From a virus, in IMG/VR virus record IMGVR_UViG_3300032144_000009, positions 1 through 63,344 of that record: DNA of 63,344 bases; one strand, 5' to 3'. The notes beneath the pieces are model-generated. The model saw only the letters and a list, made by a program, of their open reading frames with translations. It did no database searches and was not told the origin of the DNA. Below, piece by piece: positions 31,520 through 40,395 of this stretch (within the stretch, counting starts at the first letter, position 1; each line of letters opens with the position of its first letter). A program made the translations under genes and the position numbers.

Positions 31520-32472
31520 TGCTCAAGGAACTCAAGTTCGTGATGGGCGCGGTAGCGAAGAAGGACTTCCTGCCAGCACTGACCCACTTCCGTATCGAGA
31601 ACGGTCGTGTGCGTGGGTTCAACGGTACGCTGGCGCTATGCTCGCCCATAGCGTTCGACATCGACTGCACTCCCAAAGCCGACTCCCTCGTGCGTGCGAT
31701 CCGGCAGTGCGACGATACGGTGGCCCTGTCCATGACGAAGGCAGGACGCCTGAGCGTGCGCAGCGGTGGCTTCAAGACCTTCATTGACTGCGTTGACACC
31801 GAGACACCACACGTCGAACCGACCGGTACCGACTTCCAGTTTGATGGTGAAGTGTTCCTGAAGGGCATCAAGGCCATTGCGCCCTTCATCGGTGACGACG
31901 CTTCGCGTCCGTGGTCGAATGGCATCCTGTTGCGTGGTCAAAGCATGTTCGCCACCAACAACGTGACGCTGATCGAATACTGGGCTGGTTCCAACTTCCC
32001 GATCGAATGCTGCCTGCCCTCGCCCGCAATCAAGGAAGTGCTGCGTATTGACGAAGCGCCGACACACGGGCAGGCGGATGACCACAGCCTCACGCTGCAC
32101 TTCTCTGATGGTCGCTGGGTGCGTACGAACCTGCTCAGTACCGAGTGGCCGGACTTGAGCAAGGTGTTTGACGTCGAGTCGAGCCCTACCGCCATCAACC
32201 CCGCTATCTTCGAAGGCCTGCGCAAAGTCAAACCCTTCGTGGACAAGATCGGTCGCATATACTTCCAGGAGGGTGCGTTGTGCACCTCGCTTGAAAAAAA
32301 CGAAGGTGCAACCGTGGAAGTCGATGGGTTCGCAGAAGAGGGGTCATACCAGATCGAGATGCTGGCGCTACTCGAAGGGGTAGCCGAGCGTATCGATTGG
32401 AAGCTTTATCCGAGGCCCGCCATGTTCTTCGGGGACCGTGTGCGAGGGGCAATCGTCGGTCTGAGAATGTAA
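31519..32472 (+). CDS. DNA polymerase sliding clamp (DnaN/beta-like)
   Basis: 317 aa. FLPALTHFRIENGRVRGFNGTLAL, GILLRGQSMFATNNVTLIEY and STEWPDLSKVF resemble beta-clamp repeats. It lies directly upstream of the polymerase. Confidence 0.6.
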   Translation: MLKELKFVMGAVAKKDFLPALTHFRIENGRVRGFNGTLALCSPIAFDIDCTPKADSLVRAIRQCDDTVALSMTKAGRLSVRSGGFKTFIDCVDTETPHVEPTGTDFQFDGEVFLKGIKAIAPFIGDDASRPWSNGILLRGQSMFATNNVTLIEYWAGSNFPIECCLPSPAIKEVLRIDEAPTHGQADDHSLTLHFSDGRWVRTNLLSTEWPDLSKVFDVESSPTAINPAIFEGLRKVKPFVDKIGRIYFQEGALCTSLEKNEGATVEVDGFAEEGSYQIEMLALLEGVAERIDWKLYPRPAMFFGDRVRGAIVGLRM

Positions 32473-34511
32473 TGGCTCGTGCAGATGCGCTAGGGATGTT
32501 CTGGTTCGACGAGCCAGTCGTCAAGCAGCTCAAGGAAAAGCCTCCGAAGCGCACACCGCCGGAGCGCACCTGGGAGCAGCCCGGATACTTGCCCGGCCTT
32601 GCTGAGGCCCGTGCTTTCAACAAGCACATCATGACCGACGAGGAGCTGCTGCAAGCGTGTGCGAACCGCGAGCGGCTGCGCTTCGACATCGAGTGTTATG
32701 AGAATTACTTCCTGATCGCTTTCATGTCCGAGCGTACCGGCTGGGTGTGGTTCTCAGAGATGCGCCCCGGTACCGAGCTCGACATCAACCGCGTCGGTTG
32801 GATCATGACCAACTTCACGGTCGTGGGGTTCTATAGCAAGAACTATGACATCCCGATGGCGTCCCTTGCGCTGGCGGGCAAGAACTGCGCGGAGCTCAAG
32901 CAGGCGACATACGACATCATCGTTGCCGAGCAGCGCCCGTCGGACGTGCTTCGTGTGCACAAGGTCAAGCAACTGAAGTGCGACCACGTTGATCTGATCG
33001 AGGTTGCGCCGCTCTATGCGTCGTTGAAGATCTACGGGGGTCGGTTGCACTGCAAGCGAATGCAAGACCTGCCCTTCCACCCTGACACATGGTTGTCGGA
33101 AGACCAGATTGCAATCGTTCGTTGGTACTGTATCAACGACTTGTCGAATACCGGGCTGCTAGACGAGGCGTTAGCCGAACCGCTGGCGTTGCGCACAGCA
33201 ATGAGCCAGCAGTATGACATGGACCTGCGTTCGCGCAGTGACGCGCAGATTGCTGAGCATGTGATTGCGTCGGAGATTCAAAAGCTGACCGGCTCGCGCG
33301 CAGCCCCTCCGAAGATTGCCCCAGGTACCGTCTACAAGTACAACGTCCCCCACTTCCTGCAATTCAAGAGTGACCTGCTCAACTGGGCGCTCAGCACTGT
33401 GTATCACGCGGACTTCGTTGTCGCCGAGCACGGTGCTGTCGGTATGCCCGAAGTGATTAAAGAGCTGTCGCTGAAGATGAACGGCAGTACGTACACGATG
33501 GGGATCGGCGGGCTGCACAGCACTGAGGAGCGTGCAGCGCACGTCAGTGACAGTCAGCACACGCTCTACGACATCGACGTTGAGTCGTACTACCCGCGGA
33601 TCATCTTGAACCTCGGGTTGTACCCGAAGCACCTGGGGCAAGCATTCCTCCGCGTGTTCAACGAGATCGTTGAGAAGCGTATCGCGGCCAAGAAGAACAT
33701 GCAGGCATGTGACGAAGCTGGCGATAAGAAGGGTCGAGCTCACTGGAAGGTCATTACCGAGTCGCTCAAGATTACGATCAATGGCGCCTACGGTAAGCTC
33801 GGGTCCATGTTCAGCGTCATCTATGCGCCCGACCTGTTGATCCAAGTGACGCTCACTGGTCAGTTGTCCCTGCTGATGCTTATCGAGCGTCTGGAGTTCG
33901 CAGGCATTCCGTGCGTGAGCGCCAATACGGATGGTGTGGTCATCAAGTGTCCGAATCACTTGCGTGACACCATGAACGCCATCGTTGCACAGTGGCAGCG
34001 CGACACTGGGTTCAAGACTGAAGAGACCCAGTACGACGCAATCTATTCCGCGAACGTCAACAACTACATCGCGGTCAAAGCGAAAGGCAAGGGTCTGAAG
34101 ACGAAGGGTGTGTACGGCAACCCGTGGTCGAAGAAAGACTTCCGGGAAATGCTGTCGAAGAACCCTGTGACCACAATCTGCATGGACGCGGTGGAGGCGC
34201 TGCTGCTGCACAAGAAGCCGCTCGCAGAAACGATCTGGGAATGCAAGGACATCACCAAGTTCATCGCGGTACGCAAGGTGAACGGGGGTGCAGTGCAAGC
34301 GGGCGAGTACCTCGGTGCGTCGATTCGTTGGTACTACTCAACCGAGGAACGCGGGGAGATGGTTGCAGCCAAGAGCGGGAACAAGGTGCCAATGTCTGAC
34401 GGTGCGAAACCGTGCATGACGCTACCGGAGGAGTTTCCGACTGACATCGACTACGACTGGTATCTGGCACGGTGTGTGCGTACCCTGAAGGAAATCGGAT
34501 ACTACGTCTGA
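32472..34511 (+). CDS. Family B DNA polymerase with 3'-5' exonuclease
   Basis: Exo motifs are FDIECYE, GFYSKNYDIPM and YCINDL. Pol motifs are DIDVESYYPRII, KITINGAYGKLG and SANTDGVVI. Confidence 0.85.
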   Translation: MARADALGMFWFDEPVVKQLKEKPPKRTPPERTWEQPGYLPGLAEARAFNKHIMTDEELLQACANRERLRFDIECYENYFLIAFMSERTGWVWFSEMRPGTELDINRVGWIMTNFTVVGFYSKNYDIPMASLALAGKNCAELKQATYDIIVAEQRPSDVLRVHKVKQLKCDHVDLIEVAPLYASLKIYGGRLHCKRMQDLPFHPDTWLSEDQIAIVRWYCINDLSNTGLLDEALAEPLALRTAMSQQYDMDLRSRSDAQIAEHVIASEIQKLTGSRAAPPKIAPGTVYKYNVPHFLQFKSDLLNWALSTVYHADFVVAEHGAVGMPEVIKELSLKMNGSTYTMGIGGLHSTEERAAHVSDSQHTLYDIDVESYYPRIILNLGLYPKHLGQAFLRVFNEIVEKRIAAKKNMQACDEAGDKKGRAHWKVITESLKITINGAYGKLGSMFSVIYAPDLLIQVTLTGQLSLLMLIERLEFAGIPCVSANTDGVVIKCPNHLRDTMNAIVAQWQRDTGFKTEETQYDAIYSANVNNYIAVKAKGKGLKTKGVYGNPWSKKDFREMLSKNPVTTICMDAVEALLLHKKPLAETIWECKDITKFIAVRKVNGGAVQAGEYLGASIRWYYSTEERGEMVAAKSGNKVPMSDGAKPCMTLPEEFPTDIDYDWYLARCVRTLKEIGYYV

Positions 34512-34516
34512 AGAGA

Positions 34517-34565
34517 TGTAACAGATTGTAAATCCACAACACGGGTCTGATGCTTCAGCTACATT
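34517..34565 (+). promoter_or_regulatory. Promoter module D: TGTAACAG - 19 nt - GGTCTGA - 9 nt - TACATT (plus strand)
   Basis: The GGTCTGA-to-hexamer segment ggtctgatgcttcagc matches module B (ggtctgatgcatctgc) at 13 of 16 positions. Confidence 0.5.
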
Positions 34566-34610
34566 AACGGTCATGCGCTGCACAACGCAGCAACAACCGG
34601 AGCAAACGAA

Positions 34611-34826
34611 ATGGCACACCTGATCAACCTGGAACCTAACAAGACTTACGCAACCCGCGAGAACGCAGTCAAGGCGGTCGAGAAGAAGTTCCCCTCGAGC
34701 GAAAAGCAGTTCGATCAGCTGACCTATTTCATTCACACCCACACCGACGGTCGCTTCTTCCCGGTCTTCATCGGCGAGCGCGCCCTTCACGCGATGGTCC
34801 ACTTCCACTTCAACGTGGTTGCATAA
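34611..34826 (+). CDS. Hypothetical protein (71 aa)
   Basis: GGAG RBS, downstream of module D. Confidence 0.6.
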   Translation: MAHLINLEPNKTYATRENAVKAVEKKFPSSEKQFDQLTYFIHTHTDGRFFPVFIGERALHAMVHFHFNVVA

Positions 34827-34853
34827 GGAGGCGGGGCTTCGGCCCCTATTTCA

Positions 34854-35153
34854 ATGATTGCAGAACTCATCGAACACATCTGCACCCGCTACATCGAGTT
34901 GCGAGGTGAGAACCATGCACCTGGGCAGACGCTACAGATGCTGTTCTTGACGCTCGAGTGTCTGGACGATGCGGTGCCGCTGGATCTGGCAATGTTCGCA
35001 CTCGCAACTGATGCGCAACTGATCGCTGAGATCGATGGCATTTGGGCACACTTCGACACCAAGACTGGGAAGCTCGCGCCTGAAGCTGAGACCGGGTTTT
35101 GGCCCCGTTACGCGATCGAGCACCAGTGTGGCGGGGGTAGCTGCGGCCACTAG
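34854..35153 (+). CDS. Hypothetical protein (99 aa), last rightward gene
   Basis: AAGGAGG lies upstream, partly within a small ggggc/gcccc hairpin. Confidence 0.6.
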   Translation: MIAELIEHICTRYIELRGENHAPGQTLQMLFLTLECLDDAVPLDLAMFALATDAQLIAEIDGIWAHFDTKTGKLAPEAETGFWPRYAIEHQCGGGSCGH

Positions 35154-35201
35154 CTGATCGCGGCCTGTACCCCCGAAAGCGCGGCCCGCAGCATGCTTCA
35201 T

Positions 35202-35597
35202 TTATGCGATTTTAAACGCAATCCCCAGCACAACCGAGATCCCTCCGCTCCCAGCGAGCGTGATATCCATGTCGTAATCTTCTTCTGTGACGACTACTTC
35301 TTTAACACCGGAAAGGGTGCACAAGTTCAGACCGCCGTCATCGTTGCCCAAATGCCCAGACATTGATACGCCATCAATGGACAAACCCATGTTCACGCCG
35401 TTCACCTCGTACGCCGAACTCGTGGCAAAGACAACATAGGTGCCGGGTTGCAGAACCAGCGTGCAAGGAGTTGCCCCCTCTTGGTTGAAGATAACTTGGG
35501 AGTTCGCGACGCTTTGCAGGGCGTTGACCGCTGCGATGATCTCGTTTTGCTTCTCCGCGAAGGCAGAGAAGCCTGGGGTGATTGGTGCGATGGGCAT
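35202..35597 (-). CDS. Hypothetical tail-distal protein (131 aa), last gene of the late operon
   Basis: GAGGA RBS. It lies directly downstream of the J-like gene. Confidence 0.6.
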   Translation of the reverse strand: MPIAPITPGFSAFAEKQNEIIAAVNALQSVANSQVIFNQEGATPCTLVLQPGTYVVFATSSAYEVNGVNMGLSIDGVSMSGHLGNDDGGLNLCTLSGVKEVVVTEEDYDMDITLAGSGGISVVLGIAFKIA

Positions 35598-35599
35598 GA

Positions 35600-38500
35600 T
35601 TAATCCTCGTTGTATCCTGTATCAAAGACGTATGGCGGGTCTGAGCTCGGCGGAATGGTGTTAGAGCTCTCTTCAGCCCAGAAACCACCCGTCTCTTTCT
35701 GAGTGTCGTCGGCGCTGCTGTACGGGATGTTGTAATCCGTGTAACGCAGAATGCGCGCGGAGTTGTCAAGGTCGTTCTCGTAGTAACGCGCGTCGTAGTT
35801 GTACGCAGTCACTTTCGAGGTCGAAGGGCTTTCGTACGAACGCTCATCCACCAGGAACGCCATTCCTGTGTCGCCCACACCGGCTTCCACGATGGTGTAC
35901 GTCGTGAGTGCGTAGTTTGCAGGGTCAACTGAGAAACCGTCCGTCGGCGGCAAGTAGTCGAGTTCGAACTCGTATTCATTGCCGCCAGGATAGCACGGTA
36001 CCGCATGCACTGAACCTTCGATACCTTGCAGGAACGCAACGTACGACAACGAGTCGTCAAACAAGACCCGTTGTGACGTGGTAACGATCAGCCCGTCCAT
36101 CGCACGAATCTCACCGTCCTGCGTGCCCTGCCGAACATTGTTAGCCACAAGGATGCGATCGGTGCGAAGCAACAACTCCGCTTCGCGGGTAGCTACGAAC
36201 TCGACGGTTGTACGACGATATCGAATCTTGTTCCACGCACGGTTGGCATGAATGTACGCTTGCGTGTAAGAGCGAACCCCGATGCTCTTGATCGTCTTTG
36301 GTTTGATTGCGGACCCGTCTGCAGGCAAGCGAATGATCTGCGGCGCACTGTCAAGGGGGTCGACGTACTCGTATTCTACCCCGTCATAGTTGCCGTCGAT
36401 GCCGAACGTTGTGGTCCGTTTCTCCGAGCCTGGAATCTTGTTGCGATGACAGAACAACAGCGACGACGTATCGGTTTCACGTTCGAACGCAAGCCGAATG
36501 ACATTACCTCTGCGGTATGCGGTGCAAAAGCAAGCATCAGCGATAGCTGTGAGCGTGTCTTCGAACGACATATTGTCGTCGTCAAACGTGTGAGAGAAAC
36601 GCGATGGCGCATTGCGGTTGAAGTACGTGCGAATCGCAACCGACGTCTCGTAGAGATTGCGGAAGTCAATCTCTTGCATCGAACGCCCACCGATCTTCGG
36701 ATCCACCGCTACCGCAGCAATGATGTCAGCGACGTCTCTGCTGGGCAGCGTATCGCCGAACCAGCCCCAAGACCCGTCATCGGACGGGTCTGGCGGAGGC
36801 GCATTCAGGATCGGGATCTTGCGAACGACCCGCATGTTCAGCTTGCGGTTCTTGAGCGACAGCGCGCCCTTGGTGGCCACAGTAATCGTCTGTACCGTGG
36901 TCACGTCACCGAAGTGCTCCTGGGTGATGGGTGCAGTCACATACAGGTCTTTCCACTGAACGTTGTCGACGACTTGGCCAGTGAATGCAGTATCACGGGG
37001 AGTGATCTTGCGTGCACGGAAGCGTCCGACAGGAGCAGGGTAAAGCTCAACGTTCGCACTGATCGTCAGCGCTCTTTGTGTCTGCGTAACGGAAGACCCT
37101 TCGATCGTCCTCGTGTACGTACGACTTAATCCGAGTGGCACCCCCGTGCTAGACACTGGTGTGTACTCCAACTGAAGCTCGACGTCATGCGCGCTCTGTA
37201 TCGTACCGTTGTCCTTGTACAGACCGTTCACCGCAATGAAGTTCGCAATGAAGTTTGTCTGCCCTTGTAGGGGCACATCGAACGGGCCAACCCAAGGCAG
37301 CTCTGCGTCGTTCAGTGCAAGCGATGCGCTGATCGTACCGCCGCCGTAAGGAGCTGTTTCTCCATAGTTGTATGTTGTCGCCCATGCGTTGTTGACCAAG
37401 CGAGCATTCAGGAATTTGATCGAGTTTACATTGACTTCGGAAATTTCATATGAACCGGAAATGTTGTTTGATCCACCGATGTACATATTGCCGAATTGCA
37501 CCATTGTGGTGGCGTCAACAGCCACGCCTGAACCGGACAAAGCAGCCCAATTCGCGTTGAATGCGGACACCTCCGACAATTGCATAGTGCCCATTGCATC
37601 ATCGGTAGCAACGAGATAGATACCGGATAAGTCCTGACCACCTACCGTAAGACCTGCAAACGTGAGTACCGCGCCAGCGAGCGACAGTTCGCCTTCTGTT
37701 GCGCTGTTATACCCTTGAAGCCCTGTGATAGTTCCGTCAGGGTAAAACGTGACAGTTGGGCCAAATGTCCGAATCCAGCGCCCGTCGTAGAGAGTGAAGA
37801 AGAAATCCCCACTTAGCGTAACCTGATCGCCGACGATGTAGAGCTCTGTAAAATCGATACCGAGACCAGGGCCGCCTATTACTGTGTCGGGGTACAAGAA
37901 TTGAAATTGAGAAGAGAACGTATCTTCGTTCGGCGCGGGCAAGGATTGTCCGTTCACCGCTTCAGTCTTGACGACCGTCATTAGGCGCTCATTGATCTCT
38001 TCGCCGACAACAATCTCCGGTTCCACGACAGGTGAGTTTGGAGACGTACCGGGTCCGAAGACGTTAGCCGACGCACCCTCGATCTGAGAAATGAGCGTCG
38101 TGTCGTCCTTGATCTCAGTGATCTCGTAGGCACCCCTGCCAATACAGAAGTAACCGTGTTCACGCTCCTCGTGGTCAACGAACGTGCTGTAAGTCTTCGT
38201 CAGTACATCAGGGATGGAGATCACTTCCCCATAGATGTCGGGTATGCGTGCATTCGGGCGCGGTTTGTTCGTGCGGGACGAGAGATCGTTGTTCGCCGAA
38301 GGAGGGGACGTGTTTCGGTTCACCCCGACCGGTGGGATGTCGACACCCTTTGCCATCACAATGACAGCAACGAAGATCAGGGCGTAAGCGATGTAGGCGG
38401 CTGTGCTGATGTCGTGAGGGTACTGTACCGCATACACATCGCCCTCGAGCTGCATGAACCGATCGACGTCTTCCTTCGTCTTCGGTGTTACATTTGTCAG

Positions 38501-38650
38501 CGTCGACACACGCCCATGATAAAGCGCCATGTATGGCGGAAGGTGCTTCCAGCGTGAGGCAAGAAACTCTGCGTGGCTGTTGACCACATGAATCTCATGT
38601 TCGCTGGGTGGGCCGAACGGGTCAGCCACAAGAATGACACGATTCGTCAT
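35600..38650 (-). CDS. Central tail fibre / host-specificity protein (lambda J-like) with a gpI-like N-terminal domain and a TM segment
   Basis: 1016 aa. Assigned from its position after the K/L-like genes. The N-terminal ~110 aa resemble tail assembly protein I and are followed by AAYIAYALIFVAVIVMA. Confidence 0.7.
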   Translation of the reverse strand: MTNRVILVADPFGPPSEHEIHVVNSHAEFLASRWKHLPPYMALYHGRVSTLTNVTPKTKEDVDRFMQLEGDVYAVQYPHDISTAAYIAYALIFVAVIVMAKGVDIPPVGVNRNTSPPSANNDLSSRTNKPRPNARIPDIYGEVISIPDVLTKTYSTFVDHEEREHGYFCIGRGAYEITEIKDDTTLISQIEGASANVFGPGTSPNSPVVEPEIVVGEEINERLMTVVKTEAVNGQSLPAPNEDTFSSQFQFLYPDTVIGGPGLGIDFTELYIVGDQVTLSGDFFFTLYDGRWIRTFGPTVTFYPDGTITGLQGYNSATEGELSLAGAVLTFAGLTVGGQDLSGIYLVATDDAMGTMQLSEVSAFNANWAALSGSGVAVDATTMVQFGNMYIGGSNNISGSYEISEVNVNSIKFLNARLVNNAWATTYNYGETAPYGGGTISASLALNDAELPWVGPFDVPLQGQTNFIANFIAVNGLYKDNGTIQSAHDVELQLEYTPVSSTGVPLGLSRTYTRTIEGSSVTQTQRALTISANVELYPAPVGRFRARKITPRDTAFTGQVVDNVQWKDLYVTAPITQEHFGDVTTVQTITVATKGALSLKNRKLNMRVVRKIPILNAPPPDPSDDGSWGWFGDTLPSRDVADIIAAVAVDPKIGGRSMQEIDFRNLYETSVAIRTYFNRNAPSRFSHTFDDDNMSFEDTLTAIADACFCTAYRRGNVIRLAFERETDTSSLLFCHRNKIPGSEKRTTTFGIDGNYDGVEYEYVDPLDSAPQIIRLPADGSAIKPKTIKSIGVRSYTQAYIHANRAWNKIRYRRTTVEFVATREAELLLRTDRILVANNVRQGTQDGEIRAMDGLIVTTSQRVLFDDSLSYVAFLQGIEGSVHAVPCYPGGNEYEFELDYLPPTDGFSVDPANYALTTYTIVEAGVGDTGMAFLVDERSYESPSTSKVTAYNYDARYYENDLDNSARILRYTDYNIPYSSADDTQKETGGFWAEESSNTIPPSSDPPYVFDTGYNED

Positions 38651-39000
38651 TGATAGAACCTGTAAGGTGGCGTCGTACCTCGAACTGCAATCTCGAAAGG
38701 AAACAGTTCAGGACCCGTGTTGCGGATGTGCAGCAAGCCTTCGGGAAGCAAGACGCCAACGTGCGGGTCGTGCCCTAGCGAACGCATGTACACGATGCAG
38801 GGGGCTACGGGCCGGCGTAGCCGCTTAAACGCTCGCAGGGGCCCCCTGTGTGGCTTGCGCTGCCCTTCAGGCGCTAGCAGGCCTTGTAGCCGATCGGTGA
38901 TGTCGACCCCGGTCAACTCCAACCACACATCACGAGTGAAATGAAGGCAGTTGTACCGGTTTCGGTCGTAGTTCTTGAGGAGGAACTTGTCGGTATTCAC
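38647..39000 (-). CDS. NlpC/P60-domain tail protein (lambda gpK C-terminal-half-like)
   Basis: YNCLHFTRDVW (Cys) ... HVGVLL (His). GTGA overlap. Confidence 0.6.
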   Translation of the reverse strand: MNTDKFLLKNYDRNRYNCLHFTRDVWLELTGVDITDRLQGLLAPEGQRKPHRGPLRAFKRLRRPVAPCIVYMRSLGHDPHVGVLLPEGLLHIRNTGPELFPFEIAVRGTTPPYRFYQ

Positions 39001-39500
39001 AACAGCCCTCGCAGCATAGGGAAGCGGTCCAAGCGATACAGCTCGCCCGTGCGCCCGTCGTTGACCAGCGGGGCGCGCGCTTCAAACGTTGCACCTTCTT
39101 TCGCCATGGTGATACGCTTGATCGTAAGATGGACAGGTCCGAACAGCGGTTGCGTGAGGTCGTCGCTGCGGTACGCTCTGTAGATGAAGGTCGGGAGAAT
39201 CGAAAACCCATCCGCTGCCTCCACAGCATCCAACTCGTTGGGCAAGGTGTCGCCCGTATCGCCAACGGTGATTGCGAATCCTTGATCAAGGTCGTCCTTG
39301 AACCCCAGCGGTTTGACGCTCAGCGGGTAATACAGATACGTCTGTTCGCCATAAGGGGATTCGAGTTGAACAGTGACGCCCGAGACAGCGTTGCGAACGT
39401 AGTGATATTCCTGAGTAAAGTTCGGATGCGTGATACTCACGCAATCAAGCTGGGCCACCGCGCTGGATGTGGCCAGAAAGAACTCTGTATATTCACTCAT
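38997..39500 (-). CDS. Minor tail protein (DUF1833/gpL-like)
   Basis: MSEYTEFFLATSSAVAQLDCVSITHPNF... plus its position. Confidence 0.55.
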   Translation of the reverse strand: MSEYTEFFLATSSAVAQLDCVSITHPNFTQEYHYVRNAVSGVTVQLESPYGEQTYLYYPLSVKPLGFKDDLDQGFAITVGDTGDTLPNELDAVEAADGFSILPTFIYRAYRSDDLTQPLFGPVHLTIKRITMAKEGATFEARAPLVNDGRTGELYRLDRFPMLRGLL

Positions 39501-39862
39501 AGACCGAAGTATTCTTTGATCATGTTCGCATATTCAAGCGCGACAGTGCGAGAATTATCGCTGAGCTTTCTGTAGGTATCAATTTGGCTAGTATACCCCT
39601 CAATTGTCCCTGAATAGCAACCGCGAGTAACCCGAACCCCGCAAAGTTCGTCACGATGCGCTGTGGTATAGGCGCCGCTGGGGCCAGGGCCGAGCACCAA
39701 GAGGTCAGCTTGGCTTGAAACACGCCCTTCGCACAGAATACGTGCCCCAACAGGCAACACCACATTCCCCGATACTTCGGAGCGTCCACCAACATGCGGC
39801 GCGGGCGTTCCGGCTTCCGCGGTAACACTCTCGGCCACTTTGGCCAGTCCTGTAATGCGCAT
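39497..39862 (-). CDS. Hypothetical tail protein (121 aa)
   Basis: ATGA coupling within the tail module. Confidence 0.6.
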   Translation of the reverse strand: MRITGLAKVAESVTAEAGTPAPHVGGRSEVSGNVVLPVGARILCEGRVSSQADLLVLGPGPSGAYTTAHRDELCGVRVTRGCYSGTIEGYTSQIDTYRKLSDNSRTVALEYANMIKEYFGL

Positions 39863-39864
39863 AC

Positions 39865-40392
39865 TCAGGGCTCTGGGTTGAGGCCGTCACCATCACCCCA
39901 GGGGATGCAGCCGGCCGGTATAGGGTATTGGAACTGATCCTCGTAGGTGCACAAGCGTATCTCGGTGTTAGAGCCGAAATCATAGTCGGCGCTAAAGGAC
40001 ACGCACCACGGAGCGCCAGGGCCGAACTCGCCTAGGAAAAACAATGGTTCCTCTGTAGGGTCAACCTCGATCCACTCCCCGAACTGGGCCACCCAGACTC
40101 CACCATCTGTTGGTCGAACCACAAAAGAGAAAATATTGCTGCCGCCCGAACTCGGGCCTACCGGCAGCACTCCGTGGGTCGCTCCGTATGACCGGACCAG
40201 AGCAATCTCTTCGGCGATGTCGATGTCAACACCGCCGCCATTGTCTCGGACGTTCCAGTCAGGTGTGGCATTGAAATTGGCCAGGCCCACGCCGACCCGC
40301 CCATCCCAGAAAACAAGGTTCACCTCGAAGTAGCGCCGTTGCGTTGTCGCCCCTGTGAGGTGAGAGCGAGATTGAATTGTGATTCCTGACAC
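39865..40392 (-). CDS. Hypothetical tail protein (175 aa)
   Basis: The GTG start is preceded by GGAG. Confidence 0.55.
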   Translation of the reverse strand: MSGITIQSRSHLTGATTQRRYFEVNLVFWDGRVGVGLANFNATPDWNVRDNGGGVDIDIAEEIALVRSYGATHGVLPVGPSSGGSNIFSFVVRPTDGGVWVAQFGEWIEVDPTEEPLFFLGEFGPGAPWCVSFSADYDFGSNTEIRLCTYEDQFQYPIPAGCIPWGDGDGLNPEP

Positions 40393-40395
40393 AGC

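Noticed and set aside
34833-34846. A ggggc-ttcg-gcccc hairpin after gene 34611-34826 as a terminator.
   Set aside because: The stem is only 5 bp, it overlaps the AAGGAGG RBS region of the next gene, and the following T-run is weak. It is more likely incidental or a minor translational element.
35154-35201. Expected bidirectional terminator in the convergent gap between the rightward and late operons.
   Set aside because: The gap contains GC-rich direct repeats (gcggcc ... gcggcc) but no convincing inverted repeat or T-run that I could fold by eye.
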